From: Cytophagales bacterium
Lineage (GTDB): Bacteria > Bacteroidota > Bacteroidia > Cytophagales > UBA9547
Length of the DNA: 57,920 bases
Assembly (NCBI GenBank): GCA_025360395.1
Contig: JANYCH010000285.1
Span: forward strand, 1-57,920
Direction: 5' to 3'
Shown: piece by piece, positions 40,706 to 50,380 of the stretch
How the letters are laid out: each line of letters starts with the position of its first letter
Numbering within the stretch: the stretch's first letter is position 1
Notes under the pieces: generated by a model
Told to the model about the DNA's origin: nothing
Seen by the model: only the letters and a program-made list of their open reading frames with translations
Databases searched by the model: none
Position numbers and translations under genes: made by a program

Positions 40706-41269
40706 ATGAAAAAGATACTTACTATAGTTTCCGCCATTGCCTTCGCCGTTCAAGTAAATGCACAATCTGGCGACCCACATTTTAGTCTTGCTAAAGGAAG
40801 GGTTTTTTCTGAAAGAGAGCAAACAACCATGCAAAATGGAGTGTTCATGAGAAATGGTGTACCAATGGAAGTGAAGAACGGTTCTGAAATGAGAATGTAT
40901 GAGGATATGAAAATGCTTGATGGATCTAAAGTACTCACTGACGGAACAATTTTAAGATTAGATGGTACACAAACTAAATTACAGGAAGGTGAAAGGATTT
41001 TTTTGAGTGGGGTTGTAAGTCCAATTCCTAAAAACGAATATGTCACCATGAACAATGGCAGAATGACAATAGTTAAGGATACAATCTGGATCCAAATGGA
41101 TCGCAACCTGATGCTTGAAAATGGAAACCGTGTTTTTGTTCAAGGTTATGTGGTAACTTCAGATGGTAAAAAAGTTCAGTTCAAAGAAGGAGATAAAATG
41201 AGCATGGGTGGTGCCTGGATGAATGACCAACCAATATTTAATTCAAAATTATTACAGTCTTCAAAATAG
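40706..41269 (+). CDS. Secreted protein with repeated G..(V/M)..DG..(V/L) units (DUF6799-like)
   Basis: Signal peptide MKKILTIVSAIAFAVQVNAQ and repeats such as NGVFMRNGVPMEVKNG and DGSKVLTDGTILRLDGTQ. Confidence 0.5.
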   Translation: MKKILTIVSAIAFAVQVNAQSGDPHFSLAKGRVFSEREQTTMQNGVFMRNGVPMEVKNGSEMRMYEDMKMLDGSKVLTDGTILRLDGTQTKLQEGERIFLSGVVSPIPKNEYVTMNNGRMTIVKDTIWIQMDRNLMLENGNRVFVQGYVVTSDGKKVQFKEGDKMSMGGAWMNDQPIFNSKLLQSSK

Positions 41270-41273
41270 ATTC

Positions 41274-41825
41274 TTAAAAGAATTTACTCCAGAAGCCCTG
41301 CCCAGCAGGGCTTTTTTTGTTTGGCTCTGACTCGTTTATTTTTAAAACGTCATGAATTCTGATTATTCCACCTTGTATTATTTTTGCGGTAATGCCGCCG
41401 TGGCCTCTCATTGCATTATAGCCACCAGGACCTAAATTTTCTTCCATTCTTGAACAGGGATGGCATTCTCCTGTGTATTTTAAAAGCACTTCACCAATCC
41501 AGAATGTCTTACCCTTTAAAGCCAGGAGATTAATTCCTTGCGTCACTATATTTCTTCTGACGATCGAAGGAGATAGATCTTGGATTTTCATATAAGAAGC
41601 AACCGCATTCAAATGTTCTTGCTGTATTAAAGTAACTTGTCTTTTGCTGCCCTTTTTTCCGGAATGATGATCGCCTTTCAGTTTAGACTCTGTTAATGCT
41701 ACAACTTCCGGAACTTCTGTTAGATCGATTTTTCTTTCATACCTCAAACCAAGCCACATTACTTCCCCTTCCTGAGGAAGAGTATCTGTCAAGGTTTGGA
41801 TGCTGGGTATGTTATTTCGATTCAT
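41274..41825 (-). CDS. MOSC-domain protein
   Basis: ..GDHHSGKKGSKRQVTLIQQEHL.., ..RRNIVTQGINL..L.GK.F.IG... and ...CHPCSRME motifs typical of MOSC. ATG 41825 is preferred over the track's TTG 41846. Confidence 0.7.
   Translation of the reverse strand: MNRNNIPSIQTLTDTLPQEGEVMWLGLRYERKIDLTEVPEVVALTESKLKGDHHSGKKGSKRQVTLIQQEHLNAVASYMKIQDLSPSIVRRNIVTQGINLLALKGKTFWIGEVLLKYTGECHPCSRMEENLGPGGYNAMRGHGGITAKIIQGGIIRIHDVLKINESEPNKKSPAGQGFWSKFF
41293..41319 (+). terminator. Rho-independent terminator for the 40706..41269 gene
   Basis: Stem aagccctg/cagggctt, loop cccag, then TTTTTTT. It lies inside the last ~15 codons of the convergent MOSC gene. Confidence 0.65.
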
Positions 41826-41999
41826 TTTATATGTATAACTACTCAATATAAAAAATGCAGCTATAAATTGATATTTCTTACTTATGTATGGAATGATTGA
41901 TAAAAATACATGGATTAATAAGACTTATATGGAAAATTTTCGTATTATTATTTAACGATTTATTCACAATAAATCTCCACTTAATAAATAAAGAATAAT

Positions 42000-42416
42000 A
42001 TGAGGGTAATTTATTTTACTTACGTCCAGTCCACTCAATACCTCAGGTTCTACTATCTCCCTTCAAATACTATGGATGGCATTATTATCCTGCACAAAGG
42101 GAAATCATTTGTATTTTTTAAGACTGCCCAGATAAATGTGCAGGATACGCTCAAAGTAATTGACAAAGACATAGAATTAGAAGATTGTAGGTTTTCGTAT
42201 GAAATTCAGGATATGTTCTACTATATATCCAGCAAGGAAGCTGCAAGAATTTGCAAAACAACAACTAAACTCTTGAGCAGACTTAGTTTCACACAATCTT
42301 TGACCGAAGTTATCAAAAAATTTAATCCTGACTCCCCAATAAAGATTTCAGGAGTCGGGCGACATAATTTTACACATAAAAATATCTTATCTATTCCCTT
42401 GCATTCATTGAATTAG
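42000..42416 (+). CDS. Hypothetical protein (start uncertain; internal ATG at 42072)
   Basis: ORF only, AT-rich, with no recognised motif. Confidence 0.3.
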   Translation: MRVIYFTYVQSTQYLRFYYLPSNTMDGIIILHKGKSFVFFKTAQINVQDTLKVIDKDIELEDCRFSYEIQDMFYYISSKEAARICKTTTKLLSRLSFTQSLTEVIKKFNPDSPIKISGVGRHNFTHKNILSIPLHSLN

Positions 42417-42421
42417 TAGCC

Positions 42422-43396
42422 CTACCAAAAATCAGAAGGTGACCTAAGTTCGGCCTGTGGAGCAAGCTTCAGGCCTAACATTATTTCGTGAGAACCAGAA
42501 CTGATTTTTGACAATGCCGAGGTTCCATAATCATAAGAATAACCAAATTCAAATTTACCTTTCACTGTTACACCTGCAAGGAAAACAATAGCATCTTCCC
42601 TCCTGTAAGACACCCCTAACCATACAGTTTCTTTGTATTTGGCCTTGCAGTTTATATCAAAGGTGGCCGGAGCCGGACTAACCAGCTTAAACAACACGGA
42701 AGGAATGATATGTAGGTCTGAATTATAACCGATCAAATAGCCTCCGGTAATAAAATAATGATTATTAAGCTTGTTGTTTCCATCAGGTGATATTTCTGAA
42801 AACTTTAATTTATTCTGAAATATCTGGTTAATCGAGGCACCAAAGAAATAACGTTGATGGTACAGCCAGTATCCAAGGTTCATATCCGGCATCCATTGTA
42901 CAGATGTACCGAGGGTACCAGTACTTTGGTCGCTTAGAACAAGTTTACTCCCGTCAATTTTATATTGCTGGGCACCTAATGAAGCCCCAAAAGATATTTT
43001 TAATTTTTTGGTAATCTGTACATTATAAGAGTAGGAGCCATAGATTGATGTTCTGCTTGTAGGGCCGGTTTTGTCAACTATAACCAAACCTCCGAAGCCG
43101 TGATGCCAGTCTGCTTCGTTTTTATGACGGCCACGGTTGGGGCCAATATGCTGTCCAATGTGAAAATGTCCTGATAAATAAGAAGTTTGAGGTGCTGCGT
43201 CGCTTAATCCAGCGCCAACCCATTGTTGTCTGTGCCCGGCACGAAAGTCGTAATGATCTGATGTACCACCCACTGCTGGGTTAAGCAGATACTGGTTCAT
43301 CATATACTGGCTATAATGTGGCCTTTGCTGGGCTATTAGTTGTCCGTTAATAATGCAAAGAACAAGAAGGGTATATTTTATAATCTTTAAGTACAA
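42422..43396 (-). CDS. PorP/SprF-family T9SS outer-membrane protein
   Basis: Family signature ..QQRPHYSQYMMNQYLLNPAVGG.. after the signal peptide, followed by a beta-barrel. TTG start. Confidence 0.8.
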   Translation of the reverse strand: MYLKIIKYTLLVLCIINGQLIAQQRPHYSQYMMNQYLLNPAVGGTSDHYDFRAGHRQQWVGAGLSDAAPQTSYLSGHFHIGQHIGPNRGRHKNEADWHHGFGGLVIVDKTGPTSRTSIYGSYSYNVQITKKLKISFGASLGAQQYKIDGSKLVLSDQSTGTLGTSVQWMPDMNLGYWLYHQRYFFGASINQIFQNKLKFSEISPDGNNKLNNHYFITGGYLIGYNSDLHIIPSVLFKLVSPAPATFDINCKAKYKETVWLGVSYRREDAIVFLAGVTVKGKFEFGYSYDYGTSALSKISSGSHEIMLGLKLAPQAELRSPSDFW

Positions 43397-43564
43397 TATT
43401 AACTTGTTTTAACTATACAATTATACAACAATGGTTCTAAAATATCATTTAAACTGTTCTTAAATACCGGGAATTTTATATTAAGTAACTTCCTAAATGG
43501 TTATTTATTTGGGTAGAAAAATTTAATGAAATCATTTTGAATGTTTGAATCACATATATTTAAT

Positions 43565-43572
43565 TATTTTTG
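43565..43572 (+). promoter_or_regulatory. Candidate -7 box TATTTTTG
   Basis: Matches TAnnTTTG, 19 nt upstream of ATG 43591. It overlaps the track's TTG start, which argues for the ATG. Confidence 0.4.
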
Positions 43573-43590
43573 CTTTTTCCCTCAATTCAA

Positions 43591-44100
43591 ATGGCAACAT
43601 CGGCAGCATCGGACATGTCTTTTTTATATGACAAAATTGTTCCCCTAAAACCCTATAAAATAGCTTTGGTTGCAGCAAGGTGGAACTGGGAAATAACGGG
43701 TATATTGCTTGATGGGGCTAAACAATTTCTTGCCTTATGCGAAGTAAATGATGTAATAATACATTATGTTCCAGGATCTTATGAACTTACTTATGCTGCA
43801 CAGAAGCTGGCACAACAAAAAGATATTGATGCCGTTGTTTGCCTCGGTTGTGTTATCAAGGGTGAAACGCCTCATTTTGATTTTATATGTAACTCCGTAG
43901 CCAACGGTATAAGCAATGTTTCAATAAAATATGATAAGCCAGTAAGTTTTGGAGTGTTAACAACCTATTCTTTAGAGCAGGCACAGGAGAGGGCTGGGGG
44001 TAAGCTGGGCAATAAAGGTTCTGAAGCTGCCGCTACTGCTCTATCTTTGTTAAATGAATTTAACGACTTCAATAAGTTTACTGGGATTCTTGGTTTTTAA
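43591..44100 (+). CDS. ribH: 6,7-dimethyl-8-ribityllumazine synthase
   Basis: ..IALVAARWNWEITGILLDGA.., ..VPGSYELTYAAQ.. and ..LGCVIKGETPHFDFI.. motifs. Confidence 0.85.
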   Translation: MATSAASDMSFLYDKIVPLKPYKIALVAARWNWEITGILLDGAKQFLALCEVNDVIIHYVPGSYELTYAAQKLAQQKDIDAVVCLGCVIKGETPHFDFICNSVANGISNVSIKYDKPVSFGVLTTYSLEQAQERAGGKLGNKGSEAAATALSLLNEFNDFNKFTGILGF

Positions 44101-44148
44101 TGAGGTTCAATTGTCTTTGGTTTTTAATTTTTTAAGGATTTCGGCCTA

Positions 44149-44877
44149 ATGAAATTATCCGTTGTCATTCCTGCTTACAATGAAGAACTTTCTATAACTG
44201 AAACATTGGTAACATTATACCAAAATTTGTCAGAAGCAGGGATAGAACATGAAATTTTTGTTACAAACGATAACTCAAAAGACCAGACAGAAAATATCTT
44301 AAAAAAATTAACATTATCTGTTCCGACATTAAAGTTTGAAACAAACAATGGCCCAAATGGTTTCGGGTATGCTGTTCGATATGGTTTGGAGCGCTTTTCA
44401 GGTGATTGTGTGGCTATTATGATGGCCGACCTTTCTGATTCCCCTGCCGACCTGATCCTTTATTATAACAAAATGCAAGAGGGTTATGATTGTGTTTTTG
44501 GTACAAGGTTTACAAAAGGTGGAAAAACTTATGATTATCCTGCTTTTAAATTAATATTAAACAGGCTTGTAAATCTAGGTGTGCGGGCTGCATTCAGGCA
44601 TGGGTATGATGACACTACAAATGCTTTTAAATTATATAAAAGAGAAGTCATATTGGGGTTGAAGCCTTTCCTCTCTCCACATTTTAACCTGACATTGGAA
44701 TTGCCTTTGAAAGCTGTTATAAGAGGATATTCTTATGCAATTGTTGGTAATTCCTGGCGAAACCGTAAATACGGGGAATCCAAATTAAAATTAAAGGAAA
44801 TGGGGAGCAGGTATTTCTTTGTATTCTTATATTGCCTTATTGAAAAGTATTTTTCCAGAGGGGATTTTAAAAAATAA
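44149..44877 (+). CDS. GT2 glycosyltransferase (polyprenyl-phosphate sugar synthase / DPM1-like)
   Basis: ..[10 protein letters not shown].., a DxD region (..MMADLSD..), 242 aa. Confidence 0.75.
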   Translation: MKLSVVIPAYNEELSITETLVTLYQNLSEAGIEHEIFVTNDNSKDQTENILKKLTLSVPTLKFETNNGPNGFGYAVRYGLERFSGDCVAIMMADLSDSPADLILYYNKMQEGYDCVFGTRFTKGGKTYDYPAFKLILNRLVNLGVRAAFRHGYDDTTNAFKLYKREVILGLKPFLSPHFNLTLELPLKAVIRGYSYAIVGNSWRNRKYGESKLKLKEMGSRYFFVFLYCLIEKYFSRGDFKK

Positions 44878-44885
44878 ATTATAGA

Positions 44886-45938
44886 ATGAAAAAATTATTG
44901 GTTACAGGTTCATCTGGGTTAATAGGTTCGGAAGTTTGCTTATATTTTGCCGATCAGGGATATGAAATTCATGGCTTGGACAACAATCAAAGAGCTATTT
45001 TCTTTGGCAGCCAGGGAGATACACGCTGGAATCAAAAAAGGCTAGAAACTTCTATCAGGTCTTTTACCCACCATGAACTTGATCTGCGTAACAGACAAGG
45101 TATTTCAGACCTTATTAAAAGCTTAAAACCAGACGCATTAGTCCATACTGCCGCGCAACCAAGTCATGACAGGGCTGCAGCAATCCCTTTTGATGATTTT
45201 GATACCAATGCTGTAGGAACACTTAATCTATTAGAAGCAGTAAGGCAACATTGCCCTGAATCAACCTTTGTACATATGAGTACAAATAAGGTATATGGAG
45301 ATGCGCCCAACAGTATCAAAATGAAAGAGCTTGATACACGCTGGGATTATGATGATGATTTTTACCTTAATGGAATTGCGGAAAGTTTTACCATTGATCA
45401 ATCCAAGCACTCTCTTTTTGGTGCATCAAAAGTAGCAGCCGATGTGATGGTGCAAGAGTATGGCCGTTATTTCGGTATTCCTACTGCTTGTTTAAGAGGT
45501 GGTTGTCTTACAGGCCCGAATCATTCAGGTGTAGAACTTCATGGCTTCCTTAGCTACCTTATAAAATGTAATCTTGAAGGTAAAACTTACAATATCTATG
45601 GATATAAAGGCAAACAAGTCAGGGATAATATCCACTCTCTTGACGTTGCCCGTTTTATAGATTCATTTATAAAAGCACCGAGGATCGCCCAAGTTTACAA
45701 TTTAGGAGGTGGGAAAGACAATACTTGTTCAATCCTTGAAGCATTTAGCCTTGCTGAAGAAATTTCAGGTGAAAAGATGCAATATACATATGTTGACAAA
45801 AATCGTGAAGGCGACCACATTTGTTACTATTCTGACCTACGGAAAATGAAAGAGCATTATCCTGAATGGGATATTACAAAATCATTGAAAGATACTTTTG
45901 TAGAGATTATTGATTCCTGGAAACTAAGGATGAAGTAA
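44886..45938 (+). CDS. NAD-dependent epimerase/dehydratase (extended SDR)
   Basis: GSSGLIGS Rossmann motif, an S...YxxxK-type catalytic region (..STNKVYGD.., ..FGASKVAAD..), 350 aa. Confidence 0.75.
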   Translation: MKKLLVTGSSGLIGSEVCLYFADQGYEIHGLDNNQRAIFFGSQGDTRWNQKRLETSIRSFTHHELDLRNRQGISDLIKSLKPDALVHTAAQPSHDRAAAIPFDDFDTNAVGTLNLLEAVRQHCPESTFVHMSTNKVYGDAPNSIKMKELDTRWDYDDDFYLNGIAESFTIDQSKHSLFGASKVAADVMVQEYGRYFGIPTACLRGGCLTGPNHSGVELHGFLSYLIKCNLEGKTYNIYGYKGKQVRDNIHSLDVARFIDSFIKAPRIAQVYNLGGGKDNTCSILEAFSLAEEISGEKMQYTYVDKNREGDHICYYSDLRKMKEHYPEWDITKSLKDTFVEIIDSWKLRMK

Positions 45939-45947
45939 TATCTGACC

Positions 45948-45980
45948 CAGGGTAAGGATAGTTTCTTACCCTGTTTATTA
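45948..45980. terminator. Stem-loop between convergent genes
   Basis: 9-bp stem cagggtaag/cttaccctg, an 8-nt loop, then TTTATT on the + strand. Confidence 0.55.
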
Positions 45981-45995
45981 AGGTGGAAAGGAAAA

Positions 45996-47165
45996 TTATT
46001 GATTTTTGACCAGGTATGAAACATTTTTAGTTTCATTTACTATGTCATAATACTCAAAGATTGCAGCTATAACTTTATTTTGTTCGTGTTCTGTCAGCCC
46101 GTAATACAAGGGCAATCTTAAAAGGGTTTCAGAATAGTGATCGCTTTTTGGTAAGGGCAAGCCGTCATAAACTGAGCTGTAAAAAGGGCTTTGGTGTAAA
46201 GAAAGGTAGTGGAACACCGATTGGATATCTTTACTTTTTAAATGAGCAATCAATCCATCTCTTTCTTTTAAATTGTTGGTTAAAATATGAAATATATGGC
46301 CATTGTTACTTGCGCCTTCAGGTATGTGAGGTAATTGAAAATATCCTTTGGCTTCCAGTGGTTTTAACTCTAGAAGATACCGGCACCAGATGCGAATTCT
46401 TGTTATTTGGATCTGGTCAAGGTTTTCCAATTGCGCATAAAGAAAGGCTGCTGTAATTTCTGAGGGTAAAAAAGACGATCCAATGTCCACCCATCCATAG
46501 TGATCAATTTCTCCTCTGAATAAAGCTGACCTGTTTGTACCCTTTTCCCTTATTATTTCGGCCCTCTTTAAAAATTTGTCGTCATTTATTACGAGCATAC
46601 CTCCTTCCCCAGCCATTACATTCTTGGTCTCATGGAAAGAAAAAGCGGCTAAATGTCCTATACTGCCAAGTGGTTTTCCTTTGTAAAATGCATCAACAGA
46701 TTGGGCTGCATCTTCCACCACAAAAAGATTATATTTTGTTGCCAGATCCATTATAACATCCATATTGCACGCCATACCAGCATAGTGAACTGGTACTATT
46801 ACCTTTGTTTTTTCAGTAATAAGAGATTCAATATTGTTCACATCTATATGGGGACTTTCTTTGCCGCTGTCGCAAAAAATTATTTTGGCCCCTCTCAGGA
46901 CGAAAGCATTTGCAGTAGATACGAAAGTGTAAGAAGGCATAATAACTTCATCACCTTCCGTTATATTAAGTAAAATTGCTGCCATTTCAAGGGCATCTGT
47001 GCAGGAGGTAGTTAGCAGACATTTTTTAAAACCATACCTGTTCTCAAAAAATTGATGGCATTTCTCTGTAAATAAACCATCTCCTGAAATTTTACCAGAT
47101 CTTACGGCCTGCTCTATATACAAGGTTTCCTTTCCTGTAAGAAAAGGCTTGTTAAAAGGGATCAT
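45996..47165 (-). CDS. wecE: dTDP-4-amino-4,6-dideoxygalactose (Fuc4N) transaminase
   Basis: Very close to E. coli WecE as I remember it (MIPFN.P...G.E..Y...A...GK..GDG.FT..C; ..GDEVIMPSYTFVSTANAFVLRGAKI..; ..FSFHETKN..; ..AEIIREKGTNRS..). Confidence 0.85.
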   Translation of the reverse strand: MIPFNKPFLTGKETLYIEQAVRSGKISGDGLFTEKCHQFFENRYGFKKCLLTTSCTDALEMAAILLNITEGDEVIMPSYTFVSTANAFVLRGAKIIFCDSGKESPHIDVNNIESLITEKTKVIVPVHYAGMACNMDVIMDLATKYNLFVVEDAAQSVDAFYKGKPLGSIGHLAAFSFHETKNVMAGEGGMLVINDDKFLKRAEIIREKGTNRSALFRGEIDHYGWVDIGSSFLPSEITAAFLYAQLENLDQIQITRIRIWCRYLLELKPLEAKGYFQLPHIPEGASNNGHIFHILTNNLKERDGLIAHLKSKDIQSVFHYLSLHQSPFYSSVYDGLPLPKSDHYSETLLRLPLYYGLTEHEQNKVIAAIFEYYDIVNETKNVSYLVKNQ

Positions 47166-47245
47166 TTGGAATGCAAAAGTTTAAGCTGCTTATTAATTGA
47201 AACGAATTTAGATCACCTAAGTTTAATAAACAATTATAACCAGGC

Positions 47246-47815
47246 TCAAACGGTTTCACTCAAGGTTCTGATAACTTTACCTGGGTTGCCAACTACCAAA
47301 GAATCTGAAGGAATGTGTTTGGTAATAACAGTCCCTGCCCCAATTACACAACGGTCCCCAATCGTAACGCCAGGGCAGATTATAGCCCCACCGCCTATCC
47401 AGCAATCATTGCCAATGGTAATAGGTTTTCCGTATTCAAGGGTTTTGCGTACTTCAAAATTTAAAGGATGTGTTGCTGTATATAGTTGTACACCTGGACC
47501 AAAAAATACATTATTCCCGATTATTAAAGGCGTCACATCCAGTATCACGCAATTGAAGTTAAAATAGACCTTTTCGCCACAGTATATATTGTAACCATAA
47601 TCGCAATAAAAGGGCGGTTCTATAAAAATATCAGCAGCACAATTAGGCAAGAGTTGGGTCAAATTTTTCCTAAAAAATTCAGGGTTATGATATTCAGTAA
47701 TATTGAATTTGTGAAGGATCTTACGAACTTTTAATCTTTCCTCAACAAGTATAGGGTCTGTCGAATCGTATAATTCGCCGTGAAGCATTTTTTGCTTTTC
47801 CGTTTGTAGGTTCAT
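47246..47815 (-). CDS. Maltose/galactoside-type sugar O-acetyltransferase (left-handed beta-helix)
   Basis: Close to E. coli Maa as I remember it (..EKQKM..GELY.., ..IEPPF.CDYGYNI.., ..YTATHP.., ..IGN..WIGGGA.I.PGVTIGD..). Confidence 0.85.
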   Translation of the reverse strand: MNLQTEKQKMLHGELYDSTDPILVEERLKVRKILHKFNITEYHNPEFFRKNLTQLLPNCAADIFIEPPFYCDYGYNIYCGEKVYFNFNCVILDVTPLIIGNNVFFGPGVQLYTATHPLNFEVRKTLEYGKPITIGNDCWIGGGAIICPGVTIGDRCVIGAGTVITKHIPSDSLVVGNPGKVIRTLSETV

Positions 47816-48272
47816 TTCTTTTTGTCCTAAATTAACATTTCAAAATGGAATCTGTAATTATTTAAGACGTTAAATTTTATTCAAAACTTACTATTTAGGA
47901 CTGATGTTGAATTATTATGAAAAGTCAAGACCTTCATTTCTCCTTTGTAAACTGCACTTAAAACAAGTATAAAAAGTATATGAACATATCCTTCCAATTT
48001 GAAATTATGGCTGAAACGCATTTTCTAAATACGCATAAACAGGTTCATTTAAATCATCCATCATATTCCCACTTAATTCATCTTCAATTACGAATACCTT
48101 TCAGTTTTTGAAAAGATAATGGTAACAGTAACCTTTTAGCTGTATTTCTGATCTGTAATTGACAGAATTATAGTATTTAACTTCATCATTTTCTCATTAC
48201 CCTTCTGGGCGACTTTATATATTTAACACAAAAAGTATTAGTTTCACCGATTAAGAACAGAATAAAATTATT

Positions 48273-49343
48273 TTGAAATTACTTATCACAGGTATTGCGG
48301 GTTTTGTGGGCAGCAGACTTGCTGAGTTTATTAAAAAATCGACTCGTGATGTTCAAATAATTGGGATTGATAACCTTAGCCGCAGGGGAAGCGAAACAAA
48401 CCTTGCCCTGTTGAAATCACTTGGCTGTACTTTTGTTCATGGAGATATAAGGGTAAAAGACGATGTTGAAGACTTACCAAATGTAGATTGGATAATTGAT
48501 TGTGCTGCCAACCCAAGTGTTCTGGCAGGTATCAACGGTGGAACTTCACAGTTGGTCCAACACAATCTTTCAGGAACTTTAAACCTTCTTGAAAAATGCA
48601 GAAAATCAAAGTGTGGATTTATTTTGCTAAGTACAAGCAGGGTTTATTCTATTAACCATCTTAATTCATTGCCCCTTCGTAATACGGCTTCAAGGTTTGA
48701 ACTGGATTTGGACAAGGATTTTCCACCAGGTTTTACCGGTTTAGGTGTTACAGAAAACTTTCCAACTTCTGCTCCTGTATCAATTTATGGAGCAACCAAA
48801 CTGGCTTCAGAAGTGATGGCAATAGAATATGCTATGGCATTTGATTTTCCTATTTGGGTAAACAGATGCGGTGTTATAGCCGGCCCGGGACAATTTGGTA
48901 AAATAGACCAGGGAATATTTTCTTTTTGGATTTACAATTGGATGCTAAATAAACCTTTGGGCTTCATTGGCTATGGAGGAGAAGGAAAACAAGTCCGTGA
49001 CCTCATGCATCCCAATGATTTAGGTTTACTGTTATTAAAGCAAATAAAGTTTGGCAAAAATGATGGCACAAAACCCAATATCCTTAATCTTGGAGGTGGT
49101 TTGGAAGGAAGTTTTAGCTTAAGGGAGTTGAATGACTATTGCAAAAACCGTTTCAATACAGATAAATTAATAGGAACTGAAAAATCCAACAGGCCCTTCG
49201 ATCTGCCCTATTACGTCACTGATACCAATCTGGCAGCAGAAACCTGGAATTGGCGGCCTACAAGAACAGGCATTGAAATCCTGGACGAAATATCGAACTG
49301 GGCGGCAGAAAATAAAGAGCTGATTGTGAATAACTTTTCATAG
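48273..49343 (+). CDS. NAD-dependent epimerase (CDP-paratose 2-epimerase-like SDR)
   Basis: MKLLITGIAGFVGS...IDNLSRRGSE.NL..L...G..FVHGDIR resembles RfbE-type epimerases. A TTG start is required to keep the Rossmann motif. Confidence 0.7.
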   Translation: MKLLITGIAGFVGSRLAEFIKKSTRDVQIIGIDNLSRRGSETNLALLKSLGCTFVHGDIRVKDDVEDLPNVDWIIDCAANPSVLAGINGGTSQLVQHNLSGTLNLLEKCRKSKCGFILLSTSRVYSINHLNSLPLRNTASRFELDLDKDFPPGFTGLGVTENFPTSAPVSIYGATKLASEVMAIEYAMAFDFPIWVNRCGVIAGPGQFGKIDQGIFSFWIYNWMLNKPLGFIGYGGEGKQVRDLMHPNDLGLLLLKQIKFGKNDGTKPNILNLGGGLEGSFSLRELNDYCKNRFNTDKLIGTEKSNRPFDLPYYVTDTNLAAETWNWRPTRTGIEILDEISNWAAENKELIVNNFS

Positions 49344-49375
49344 TGAGAAATAAAGTTTTTTGGATATAAATTATA

Positions 49376-50332
49376 ATGGAGAAATTCCTGATCACTGGGT
49401 TTTCCGGCTTCGTAAGCCAGCATTTTCTAAACCTTTTAGAATCAATGAAGGTCCATGTAGCCGTTTTAGGTATGGACATTCAACTTCCGGGCTTTTCTTT
49501 TGAGCATTATAAATTTGTTAAATGCCAGTTTTGTAAAACAGATCTTCTTGATAAGAACCAGGTAGACAATACTTTATACCAGTTTCAGCCAGATTATATT
49601 CTACACCTCGCATCATACAGTAGTGTTGCCTTCAGTTGGAAAAACCCATCTGCTAGCTTTGCGAACAATACCAATATATTTTTAAACCTGCTCGAGCAAA
49701 TACGGACCATGAACCTTAAATGCAGGATTATTTCTGTGGGTTCATCAGAAGAATATGGAAATGTAGACATAAAGGACATTCCATTAAAAGAATCGCAGGA
49801 ACTAAAGCCAGTTAGTCCATATGCGGTGGCCAGGGTTTCTCAGGAAATGCTTTCTAAAGTTTATGTGGACGGTTATGGACTTGATATTATTTTAACCAGG
49901 TCTTTTAACCATATAGGGCCGGGACAAAAAGATATTTTTGTGATTTCCTCATTTGCAAAGCAGCTTGTAGAAATTAAGAATCAAACTAAAATTCCTCAAT
50001 TACAAACTGGAAATCTGGGAATAACACGCGACTTTCTTGATGTACGAGATGTTGTAAAAGCTTATTATACCTTATTTAAAAAGGGACGGAAAGGAGAAGT
50101 TTACAATATTTGCAGCGGGGTAGGTATAACGCTGGCAGACATAATCCAAAAAATGGCCGATATTCTTTCAATTAAAATTACAACTGTTACCGACACCAGT
50201 TTAATTCGGCCAAACGATAACCTTTTAATCAAGGGAAGTAATGAGAAAATAAAAAAGGAAACAGGCTGGGATACCACCATAAGCCTTGATCAAAGTTTGA
50301 GGGATATTTTGAAGTATTGGGAGAAAGTTTAG
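49376..50332 (+). CDS. NDP-4-keto-6-deoxyhexose reductase (GDP-6-deoxy-D-mannose reductase, Rmd-like)
   Basis: Matches P. aeruginosa Rmd as I remember it: ..ITGFSGFV.., ..RSFNHIGPGQKDIFVISSFAKQ.., ..TRDFLDVRDVVKAY.., ..VYNICSG.. Confidence 0.65.
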   Translation: MEKFLITGFSGFVSQHFLNLLESMKVHVAVLGMDIQLPGFSFEHYKFVKCQFCKTDLLDKNQVDNTLYQFQPDYILHLASYSSVAFSWKNPSASFANNTNIFLNLLEQIRTMNLKCRIISVGSSEEYGNVDIKDIPLKESQELKPVSPYAVARVSQEMLSKVYVDGYGLDIILTRSFNHIGPGQKDIFVISSFAKQLVEIKNQTKIPQLQTGNLGITRDFLDVRDVVKAYYTLFKKGRKGEVYNICSGVGITLADIIQKMADILSIKITTVTDTSLIRPNDNLLIKGSNEKIKKETGWDTTISLDQSLRDILKYWEKV

Positions 50333-50380
50333 AATTGACTTCACACATCACTCAATTATCACTCTGGGTTAATTTAGCAA

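Noticed and set aside
43397-43590. Possible FMN riboswitch upstream of ribH
   Set aside because: I could not find the conserved FMN-element core (AGGAUAGU...GGGCAGGGUGAAAUUCCC-type sequence). A simple -7 box at 43565-43572 is enough to explain expression.
47166-47567. 133-aa + strand ORF
   Set aside because: It lies almost entirely antisense to the well-supported Maa-like acetyltransferase gene and has Pro/Thr-rich composition typical of a shadow frame of a hexapeptide-repeat gene.
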